From: Dickeya solani IPO 2222
GTDB taxonomy: Bacteria > Pseudomonadota > Gammaproteobacteria > Enterobacterales > Enterobacteriaceae
Assembly (NCBI RefSeq): GCF_001644705.1
Contig: NZ_CP015137.1
Location: forward strand, 1,530,001-1,562,000
Direction: 5' to 3'
DNA: 32,000 bases
Made by a program: the position numbers and the translations under genes. The notes below the pieces were generated by a model, which was not told the DNA's origin, did no database searches, and was given only the letters and a program-made list of their open reading frames with translations. Below are positions 25,176-32,000 of the stretch, in pieces (position 1 is the stretch's first letter; each line of letters begins with the position of its first letter).

Positions 25176-26301
25176 AAGCAACCTTCTCCCGCTTGAGATT
25201 GAATTCAACTAATTGCTGTAAATAACCAAAAGCATTGCTGACTGCGGTGTAGTCCATGCCAAAATCCTGAAGGAATGCAATTTCATTGACCCCAGATGCG
25301 ACGGCCAAATCAATCTGTTTCTGGCATTCCTCGGGCGGGCCAAATATTCCTCCGGTTTTGAAATAACGGGCATAGGCATAATCGAGAATTTGATCAATCT
25401 GACTATTATCGAAATGCTTATCTCTGGCTTTCATCTGCGGAATAATGCTACTGCGGATATACGCCTTAAACGGTTCACGAACTACCTGCTGTACCCACTC
25501 CATATCCGGGTGGACGAAGGTGTGCATCATCAGTGTGACCCGACCGCTACGAGGTTCCAGCCCTGCTTCGGCGCGGGCAGCGCGGTAGATGTCCACGTAT
25601 TTTCTGAATTCGTGGAGATCGATCCCATGCAGCATGCCGAATACGTTATAACCATGCAGGCCCGCATGCCGAAAGCCCTGTTCAGAAATGCTGAAATACC
25701 AGATATTTATTTCTTGCTGAATAGGACGCGGATAAACCACCGTCGGGAAAATCTCCCCGCCTGGACCGGGAAAATCCACCGTTTCCCCCCGCCATAGTTT
25801 CTGTATCACCGGAATACGCTGATCACGTATTTTTGCACGATCCTCATAGGTGTCCGGTGACAGGATAAAGTCCGCTTTGTTCCAGCCACTCCCCACCCCC
25901 AAGTCAACCCGACCATCAGAGAGGATATCCACCATCGCCCAGTTTTCGACGATTTCTACTGGATGGTGCAGCGTGTTGGTCACGGCGGCTGAACGCAGAC
26001 GCACGTTTTTGGTTAGTGGTGCAAAGTAAGCCGCAGCAATGCTGTTATTGGCGTAAATAGAGCCAAACTCATAAAAATGGCGTTCAGGAAAACAAACCGA
26101 TTCAAAACCAGCCTGATCGGCAAACTCGACCAGCTCACGGGCAAAACGATATTTATCCCGGTCTGAGACATCTTTACGGACATCCGAAAAAAACAGATAG
26201 CTAAAAGAAATATCTGCCCCAGGCCCACTGATCTTAACCTCAGAATCTACGGTGCGATTTCCAGAGAAAAAATCTTCCAGTTTTTGATTTACGGTAGTCA
26301 T
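25168..26301 (-). CDS. luciferase-like (LLM family) flavin-dependent monooxygenase, PKS-associated (OocM-like by context)
   Basis: 377 aa. ATG 26301..26299 overlaps the upstream TGA (ATGA); AGGAGA lies 9 nt upstream. LLM hallmarks: FSYLFFSD..., FADQAGFESVCFPERHF, LSDGRVDLGVGSGW. Stop TGA 25170..25168. Confidence 0.9.
   Translation of the reverse strand: MTTVNQKLEDFFSGNRTVDSEVKISGPGADISFSYLFFSDVRKDVSDRDKYRFARELVEFADQAGFESVCFPERHFYEFGSIYANNSIAAAYFAPLTKNVRLRSAAVTNTLHHPVEIVENWAMVDILSDGRVDLGVGSGWNKADFILSPDTYEDRAKIRDQRIPVIQKLWRGETVDFPGPGGEIFPTVVYPRPIQQEINIWYFSISEQGFRHAGLHGYNVFGMLHGIDLHEFRKYVDIYRAARAEAGLEPRSGRVTLMMHTFVHPDMEWVQQVVREPFKAYIRSSIIPQMKARDKHFDNSQIDQILDYAYARYFKTGGIFGPPEECQKQIDLAVASGVNEIAFLQDFGMDYTAVSNAFGYLQQLVEFNLKREKVAYE
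25182..25190 (-). promoter_or_regulatory. Shine-Dalgarno (GGGAGAAGG) for the megasynthase ATG at 25175
   Basis: The minus strand reads GCGGGAGAAGGTTGCTTATGAGTGA, with 6-nt spacing. It lies inside the 3' end of the monooxygenase gene. Confidence 0.6.
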
Positions 26302-29300
26302 AGCCGGATTTCTCCTGTTCCAACCTGTTTACGCAATTTTTTCATCAGTAGATTGGGGGTCGGGTATTCGATCAGCCAGTTCGGCTGTACTGGAAATTTC
26401 ATATGCTTTTCCAGCGTGGTACTCAATTGCATAGCAATAATCGAGTCCATCCCGTAGTCCTGCAGGGGTTTGTCCCAGTCAAGGTCGCTGCCTAGTTTCA
26501 TGACTTTTTCGATCCCGAAAGCCAGGTCGCTATGAAGCTTGTTTTCGTATTCAGCCGGTTTTATATCGTCGGTATCTCCTGGCGTTTCAGGTCTGGCTTT
26601 TTGGGGATCGGGCAGTTGGGTATTCACGGTCTTAGGAGCAGACTGGGCCGCCGTAATCACAGCTCCGACCTCTTGTTGCAGATCTGCGGGTAACTCTGCC
26701 AATGACAGGGAAGAGAGATAATCCGCAAATTCTGTCGGCGATAACTGCCCCAACCTGAAATGACGAATTTTTCGGCGAACCGCGTCTACGATGTGATGCT
26801 CGGGGCGAGCGGCCACCGACGCCGTCTGATTATCACTGAGCCCCAGTAGCGTTCTGGCTTTATGCCTATCAGTGACGGCAACCAACGCAGTGACGCTGTC
26901 GGTAAACCCAGTTTGCATCTGCTGCACCGCTGCAACCGCATTGATACTTCCCATGCCCTGTTGCGCTAAAGACGCTAACCGACCAGCCAGTCGTGTGCTG
27001 TCAACTGCGCCGTCAACGTCCCATTGCCCCCAACAAACGGAGGAAACCAGCCCTTGTCTTTGTTTGAGAGAGACCAGCCGTTGCCGGTATCGTGCAAAAG
27101 CATTCTGGAAAGCAGCGGAATAGGCATAATCAGGAGAACCCTGAATGCCAAAAGCGGCGACGGAAGAAAACATCAGGAAAAATTCCAGCGGTTCGCCGGC
27201 GGTTACTGCATCAATGTTCAGGGTTCCTGAGACTTTCGCCGCCATCATTTGCCGGAACGCATCCCAGGACTTATTCAGAATAGAACCATCACTCACCTGC
27301 CGGGCCATATGTAAGACCCCATGAAGGGTGATCCCCTCGGATTTCAGGGACTGCATTGCCTGATTAACAAGCTCAATGTCAAGAATATCGACGGCACGGT
27401 AAAGCACTCGGGCCCCGGACGCCCTGATACGCGCCAAAATCGGGGCGACCTGATGTTCTGGACGGCGAGAAAAAATAACCAACCGAGCCTGATAGTTCTG
27501 ACCTAAAACCTGACAAACCTGTTCCCCCGTCTCTCCCAGGGCGCCGACCATTAAATAGGTCGCTCCGGTACGAAAGAGCCCCCCTGATACCTCATGTTCA
27601 TCCGTTTCGCTGACACGTAACTCGTATCGGCGACCGCCACTGAAACGGATCGTCGGCGTCCTGACTGCCTGAGCATTTTTTCCCGGTTCATGTGCCGGCA
27701 TTTCATCGCACAGCCAGGTTTGCATCAATTGCAGAGCCACCTCCTGACCCGTAGAACGGGGGTCAACGATGAGGCTCCGATAGCGGTGGCCTACGGTTTC
27801 AAGAATCGCAGAACGGAACAGCCCGGAGAGCGCTTCATGTTGTACATCTGTCACTGTCAGGCCTTGTTCATAGTCCGCCCGGTGACAACAATAGAACTGT
27901 ACCGGGTTCAACCGGGCAACCGCCTGTACGGCCTGAACACAAAGATAGGCAAGCCCGGTTTGCGCCTCTGTTCCATAAGGTAAGATCAGAAAAACCACCA
28001 GCGGTTTGCCCGGATCGGGAATCGCCGCCGCTAGTCCGACTTTCAGGGTATTGATACCCGTCTGATCCTGTAGCGAACTGCCCTGTAAAGTAATATGCCG
28101 CACATCCCAAATCGGCTGTGGCATATCAGCGAGTTGTTGAACCTGCTGGCAAACCTGCTCAATGTCACGGTAATCCGAAGCAGTCTCACTGAGCACCAGA
28201 ATTTGCCGATCGCTGCTGGCCTTAATGCGTTCAACCCATTGGCTGTCTTCATTTGCCTTCACTTCAACCCACGTTTCCTTAGCTCGGATCCATTGGGTTT
28301 CTCTGACCATCGGCTGTGCATTTGCGCCGGTTTCAGTTGCTTCTGATATCCTGGCTTTTTCAGCGTCTTCTGACAAAAAAGGCCCGACATCCGCGGTTGT
28401 AAGCGACGTTGGCTTTGCTTTTTCTTCAAACCAGCACGATTGTCTGAAAAATGGATAAGTGGGTAGGCTTATTCTTCCTGGGAAACGACGACCTGTGGAT
28501 TGCCCCGCCGGTCCGGACTCGGAATAGAGTAAATCCCACGAAATATCCAGACCTGTCACCCATAACCCTGCAAGCTGACTCAGGTTTTGCTGACGGGTCC
28601 ATTGTTCGATAACAGCGCTGAATTCAGGTGTGTCGACAAAGGCCTTATAAGATGGCGCATTGTAATCCACCCGACCTCTAAACAGCGATGGAGCGGAAAT
28701 ATCGCCGTTAAGGCATTGGGTCAATTTCTCTTGCAGTTCACTGACTGAGCCCGCAACAAAAGCGAGACGCTCCTCCATGACCTGGCGTCCCCGCTGTAAG
28801 GTATAAGCCAGTTGCCTTAAATCAACGTAGCGCCCATCGGCCTGTTCCCGCTGGAGCCAGGCCAGCAGATTTTCCGCCATGAGTGGCAAACGATCGGCCC
28901 GCATTGCCGACAGTACGATCAAAACCGGTTGGGTAACAGGGGCCGTTTCAACCGACGGCGACAGATACTCCTCAATCACCAAATGGGCATTGGTGCCGCT
29001 ATAACCAAAGGAGCTCACCGCCGCTCTTCGCGGTTGTCTTTCATCATGTCGCCACGGCTTAAGCTGGGTATTGACATAGAAAGGCGAGTCATCGAAACCA
29101 ACGTGTTGATTCGGCGTACGAAAGTGCAGAGAAGGCACGAGTTGCCGGTGTTTCATAGACAGCAACACTTTCTGCACACTTGCCATCCCTGATGCTGCCG
29201 ACGTATGGCCAATGTTGCTTTTCACCGATCCCAAACCACAGAAGTTTTTGCGTGGGGTCCATTCTCTGAACACAGACGCCAGGGCTTCAAGCTCAATAGG

Positions 29301-32000
29301 ATCACCCAGTTTGGTCCCGGTTCCGTGTGTTTCAATATAACTTATCGAATCCGGGTTAATCTGATGTTTCCGGTAAACCTCTCTTTCCAGTTCGATCTGA
29401 CTGTTCACGCTAGGTGCAGTGATACCATTCGTTTTGCCATCTTGATTAATGCCCGAACCAAGGATGACACCGTAAATATGGTCTCCATCAATTTCAGCCT
29501 GCGACAGGCGTTTCAGTACCAGACAGCCCGCCCCTTCGCCGGGTACAAATCCATCAGCCGTGTTATCAAAAGCTTTACACTGACCTTCGGGAGACAACAT
29601 ACCGGCAGAACACATTCCGATATACGTCTCCGGCATGAGATACAGGCTAACGCCGCCGACCAAAGCCAGATCGATTTCACCATTTTGTAGTGCCTGAACA
29701 GCCAGATGGGTCGTCACCAGAGACGATGAACACGCCGTATCGACAGGAATTGCAGGCCCTTTAAGGTTCAGAAAATACGGAATTCGCGCCGCACCAATCG
29801 CAAAACTGTTACCGGTACCGGACAGAGGACTGGCGGAATTCAGCATCATATGAGCATATTCATAACTCATAATCCCCATATAGACGCCGCATTTCTTATG
29901 ACTCAGTTCTTCAGGGCTGTAACCTGCATCTTCAAAGGCTTTATACCCTTCCTGTAGGAATATGCGATGCTGAGGATCCATACCCTCGGCCTCTGCGGGA
30001 GAAATCGAGAAAAATAGCGGGTCAAAGCTATCGATATCACTTAATGCCCCCAGCCACTTACAATATATCTTGCCGTCTTTGCTACGGTCAGTATCGAAAT
30101 AGTGGTCGACGTCCCAACGCGCCTTAGGGACTTCACGAACGGCGTTGCGTCCATCCGCTAAGTTGTCCCAGTATTGATCCAGGTTTTCCGCATCGGGATA
30201 GCGGCCCGACATGCCGATGATGGCAATTTTCTCGACCTGCCGGTTAATAACCCTGGCATCGTCTGGCATCGCCGCAGATACCGGGGCGGCCAACTTTTGT
30301 GTATCCCGGGATAAATCCTCATGCTCCGGAACACAAGTTGAAGTGGCCGCGACCGGCTTTGGGGACAGCGTTACTCCATCAGGCTGGGTCGCAATATATT
30401 CAGCCAAAACATGAACATTCGGATAATCGTACAAACGGGTGGCAGAAAGATGAGTTCCCAGCTGCTTGTTAATCTCATTGATCCATTCAGCGCCGATAAT
30501 TGAATCCAGCCCCAACTCCGAGAATGTTCGATTGTGCAGGATTGCTTCTGGCGCAATGTAAAGCGCATCGGCCAGGCTGGTTTTCAGTAGCTGAGTTATC
30601 TCTGTTACCAGCTCATTCTGAGCTGCTGATATAGGGGCAGCTTGTGGAGAATGGGTAGTTTTTGACGAATGGTTCGCTTGTGACGCATGGATTGCCTGTG
30701 GCGTATGGTTCGCCTGTGGCGCATAGAAAGTTGCGCTGCTCTGTTCAGCGGCTATCTTCTTATCTTCATGCTGGAACGCAGCCCCGGTATTGTATGTTTC
30801 CGGCAAGTGTTCATCCGCTGCTTCACTCTGCCCCCCATTGAGTACAACAAACTGTGCCAGCTGGCGAACACTGGAGTAATCATATAAACGAGTGGCAGAC
30901 AACGAGCTTCCCAGTTGTCGATTGATTTCATGAACCCATTCAGCTCCGACAATCGAGTCCAGCCCCATCTCGGCGAAGGAGCGATCAACATGAATATCCG
31001 ACTCTGGAGAGCACAGCGCCTGGGCCAAACTCACCCGTAATTTTTCGATAACACTCGCCAGAGAAACGCCGCCATTCCTTTGTTCTGGGTGAAGGGCGCC
31101 ATTACCGTTTGTTGCTTTGACTCCGTTTATTCCCCTGGCGCTACGTGTAATCTGGGTATCCACCGCACCGCCATTTATGTCATGGCTTCGGTGAATATCA
31201 GCCTTCTTGCCGTTCCACCGTTCCGCTGCTGATACCGGCGTCTCGCTCGGCCCAGCTGACGGGCTAGCCTCTCTCTTCAGCTCCAGCGGCTGCAAAGTCA
31301 CTTTTCCAGAATCATTAACTTTTACAGAACGATCAGCTTTTACAGAATCGGGCGTTGGCTGTTCAACAGCCATTTCCAGTTCTGGTTTATGCCGGGTCTC
31401 TTTGATCCAGTAACGCTTACGGTCAAACGGATAGGTTGGCAGCGCCAAACGTGAGTAACGCTGACCTGCGTATAATTGCAGCCAGTCAACCGATCTCGTC
31501 TCAACCCATACCTGGGCAATTTTTGTCCACTGCCGGGTCTGCCACCAGCGCTCAATATCCAGAATATCAATGCCTGGTAAACGGCCAGATTCATCACAAT
31601 TGACAAAAATAGTCCCCTCACTGGCTGCAGCCTGCGGATCCCTGGAAATTACGGCCAGTTGACGCAAAAGCGATGCAACATCTTCGGCAACGAACGCGAC
31701 TCTGGCATCCATCGCATCCCGTCCGGTTTGCAGCGTGTAGGCAAATTGTCTGAAGTGGCTTTCTACATGAGCTGAATTTTCAGTGACATAGTGCATCAGA
31801 TGTTGCGCATAGACCCGCAACCTTTCGCTGTTTTTTGCCGATAGAACGATAATCTCCGGCTCATGCTCACGCGACGGAACCTTGTCAGGTTCCTGACGGT
31901 ATTCTTCAATGACCAGATGAACATTCGATCCGCCAGCGCCGAAAGAACTCACGCCGGCGCGTAAAGGCTGCTCAGCATATCCGATTGTCGGACGTTGCCA
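26298..32000 (-). CDS. trans-AT polyketide synthase, C-terminal part (...KS]-ACP-ACP-KS-KR-ACP); 5' end lies beyond the window
   Basis: The track ORF begins at an internal GTG (31952). The same frame stays open for 16 more codons to 32000 (WQRPTIGYAEQPLRAG), and the first residues (VSSFGAGGSNVHLVIEEY) are the end of a KS. Stop TGA 26300..26298. Confidence 0.95.
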   Translation of the reverse strand, partial: WQRPTIGYAEQPLRAGVSSFGAGGSNVHLVIEEYRQEPDKVPSREHEPEIIVLSAKNSERLRVYAQHLMHYVTENSAHVESHFRQFAYTLQTGRDAMDARVAFVAEDVASLLRQLAVISRDPQAAASEGTIFVNCDESGRLPGIDILDIERWWQTRQWTKIAQVWVETRSVDWLQLYAGQRYSRLALPTYPFDRKRYWIKETRHKPELEMAVEQPTPDSVKADRSVKVNDSGKVTLQPLELKREASPSAGPSETPVSAAERWNGKKADIHRSHDINGGAVDTQITRSARGINGVKATNGNGALHPEQRNGGVSLASVIEKLRVSLAQALCSPESDIHVDRSFAEMGLDSIVGAEWVHEINRQLGSSLSATRLYDYSSVRQLAQFVVLNGGQSEAADEHLPETYNTGAAFQHEDKKIAAEQSSATFYAPQANHTPQAIHASQANHSSKTTHSPQAAPISAAQNELVTEITQLLKTSLADALYIAPEAILHNRTFSELGLDSIIGAEWINEINKQLGTHLSATRLYDYPNVHVLAEYIATQPDGVTLSPKPVAATSTCVPEHEDLSRDTQKLAAPVSAAMPDDARVINRQVEKIAIIGMSGRYPDAENLDQYWDNLADGRNAVREVPKARWDVDHYFDTDRSKDGKIYCKWLGALSDIDSFDPLFFSISPAEAEGMDPQHRIFLQEGYKAFEDAGYSPEELSHKKCGVYMGIMSYEYAHMMLNSASPLSGTGNSFAIGAARIPYFLNLKGPAIPVDTACSSSLVTTHLAVQALQNGEIDLALVGGVSLYLMPETYIGMCSAGMLSPEGQCKAFDNTADGFVPGEGAGCLVLKRLSQAEIDGDHIYGVILGSGINQDGKTNGITAPSVNSQIELEREVYRKHQINPDSISYIETHGTGTKLGDPIELEALASVFREWTPRKNFCGLGSVKSNIGHTSAASGMASVQKVLLSMKHRQLVPSLHFRTPNQHVGFDDSPFYVNTQLKPWRHDERQPRRAAVSSFGYSGTNAHLVIEEYLSPSVETAPVTQPVLIVLSAMRADRLPLMAENLLAWLQREQADGRYVDLRQLAYTLQRGRQVMEERLAFVAGSVSELQEKLTQCLNGDISAPSLFRGRVDYNAPSYKAFVDTPEFSAVIEQWTRQQNLSQLAGLWVTGLDISWDLLYSESGPAGQSTGRRFPGRISLPTYPFFRQSCWFEEKAKPTSLTTADVGPFLSEDAEKARISEATETGANAQPMVRETQWIRAKETWVEVKANEDSQWVERIKASSDRQILVLSETASDYRDIEQVCQQVQQLADMPQPIWDVRHITLQGSSLQDQTGINTLKVGLAAAIPDPGKPLVVFLILPYGTEAQTGLAYLCVQAVQAVARLNPVQFYCCHRADYEQGLTVTDVQHEALSGLFRSAILETVGHRYRSLIVDPRSTGQEVALQLMQTWLCDEMPAHEPGKNAQAVRTPTIRFSGGRRYELRVSETDEHEVSGGLFRTGATYLMVGALGETGEQVCQVLGQNYQARLVIFSRRPEHQVAPILARIRASGARVLYRAVDILDIELVNQAMQSLKSEGITLHGVLHMARQVSDGSILNKSWDAFRQMMAAKVSGTLNIDAVTAGEPLEFFLMFSSVAAFGIQGSPDYAYSAAFQNAFARYRQRLVSLKQRQGLVSSVCWGQWDVDGAVDSTRLAGRLASLAQQGMGSINAVAAVQQMQTGFTDSVTALVAVTDRHKARTLLGLSDNQTASVAARPEHHIVDAVRRKIRHFRLGQLSPTEFADYLSSLSLAELPADLQQEVGAVITAAQSAPKTVNTQLPDPQKARPETPGDTDDIKPAEYENKLHSDLAFGIEKVMKLGSDLDWDKPLQDYGMDSIIAMQLSTTLEKHMKFPVQPNWLIEYPTPNLLMKKLRKQVGTGEIRL
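26311..26316 (-). promoter_or_regulatory. Shine-Dalgarno (AGGAGA) for the monooxygenase
   Basis: The minus strand reads GAACAGGAGAAATCCGGCTATGA. Confidence 0.55.
26319..26546 (-). other. ACP domain (C-terminal ACP of the upstream PKS)
   Basis: LQDYGMDSIIAMQLSTTLEKHMKFPVQPNWLIEYPT; Ser1837 of the track ORF. Confidence 0.85.
26853..28310 (-). other. KR domain with atypical cofactor and active-site motifs
   Basis: TIRFSGGRRYELRV, then TYLMVGALGETG instead of TGGxGxLG, HMARQVSD instead of HxAGVxxD, MAAKVSG, FSSVAAFGIQGSPDYAYSAAF (Tyr present, but the usual Asn four residues later is absent). Confidence 0.65.
28965..30233 (-). other. KS domain (condensation-competent motifs)
   Basis: EKIAIIGMSG, DTACSSS (Cys codon 29732..29730), ETHGTGT, SNIGH, FGYSGTNAHLVIEEY. 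Confidence 0.9.
30384..30620 (-). other. ACP domain, beta-branching type (second of doublet)
   Basis: FSELGLDSIIGAEWINEINKQLGTHLSATRLYDYPN; Trp at Ser+6. Confidence 0.8.
30638..30722. repeat. 18-bp in-frame tandem repeat (3 good + ~1.5 degenerate units) in the ACP-ACP linker
   Basis: atggttcgcttgtgacgc (30668-30685) / atggattgcctgtggcgt / atggttcgcctgtggcgc (to 30721); encodes PQANHTPQAIHASQANHSSKTTHSPQA. Confidence 0.8.
30837..31064 (-). other. ACP domain, beta-branching type (first of doublet)
   Basis: FAEMGLDSIVGAEWVHEINRQLGSSLSATRLYDYSS; Ser codon 30956..30954, Trp codon 30938..30936 (Ser+6). Confidence 0.8.
31899..32000 (-). other. C-terminal end of a KS domain (rest lies outside the window)
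   Basis: ...PLRAGVSSFGAGGSNVHLVIEEY. Confidence 0.8.

Noticed and set aside
25176-25208. 11-codon N-terminal extension of the megasynthase (track start 25208).
   Set aside because: The codon at 25208 is TTG with no SD, and it would overlap the monooxygenase gene by 41 nt. The ATG at 25175 has a strong SD at optimal spacing. The extension cannot be excluded.
1-32000. Search for cis-AT, TE, ER, MT, NRPS, tRNA/rRNA or resistance genes in the window.
   Set aside because: After domain assignment, no unassigned protein stretch is long enough for such a domain; the 160-230-aa segments after each KS end in LPTYPF-type motifs and are KS flanking subdomains. GHS occurs only in KS contexts (FGHSGT, RGHSGY). 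The intergenic space totals 191 nt. The product, loading step and release step therefore cannot be inferred from this window.

Overview
The whole 32-kb window is one tightly packed minus-strand operon segment of a trans-AT (AT-less) modular polyketide synthase cluster. Only two intergenic gaps exist (2470-2597 and 4419-4481, 191 nt in total). In the direction of transcription (high to low coordinates) it contains: (1) the last 5.7 kb of a PKS gene entering from beyond 32000 (...KS]-ACP-ACP-KS-KR-ACP), whose ACP doublet carries the Trp flag of beta-branching ACPs; (2) a 377-aa luciferase-like FMN monooxygenase that overlaps both neighbours; (3) a ~6,900-aa megasynthase with six KS domains, KS0-ACP | KS-KR-ACP | KS-DH-DH*(pyran/furan-synthase-like)-KR-ACP | KS-DH-KR-ACP-ACP | KS-ACP | KS0; (4) a free-standing 89-aa ACP; (5) a ~390-aa JmjC/cupin-fold Fe(II)/2-oxoglutarate enzyme whose metal site reads H-x-G...H, the halogenase variant of the facial triad; (6) a 120-aa orphan protein whose start overlaps the stop of (5); (7) the first 823 codons of another PKS (KS-DH...). 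Gene (7) is missing from the supplied ORF track because it has no stop codon inside the window. I saw no AT, TE, ER or MT domain, and no tRNA, rRNA, IS element or CRISPR array. The most interesting part is the AT-rich three-gene insert (ACP + H-x-G cupin + orphan partner) placed directly after a terminal KS0, which looks like a split, non-elongating, probably halogenating module. An analogous pairing of monooxygenase with KS0-ACP sits at the preceding gene junction. From memory, this gene order resembles oocL-M-N-O-P-Q-R of the oocydin/haterumalide PKS of Serratia/Dickeya, but I cannot verify identity without a database search. All calls rest on hand translation and motif recognition, and domain borders are approximate (about +/-60 nt).
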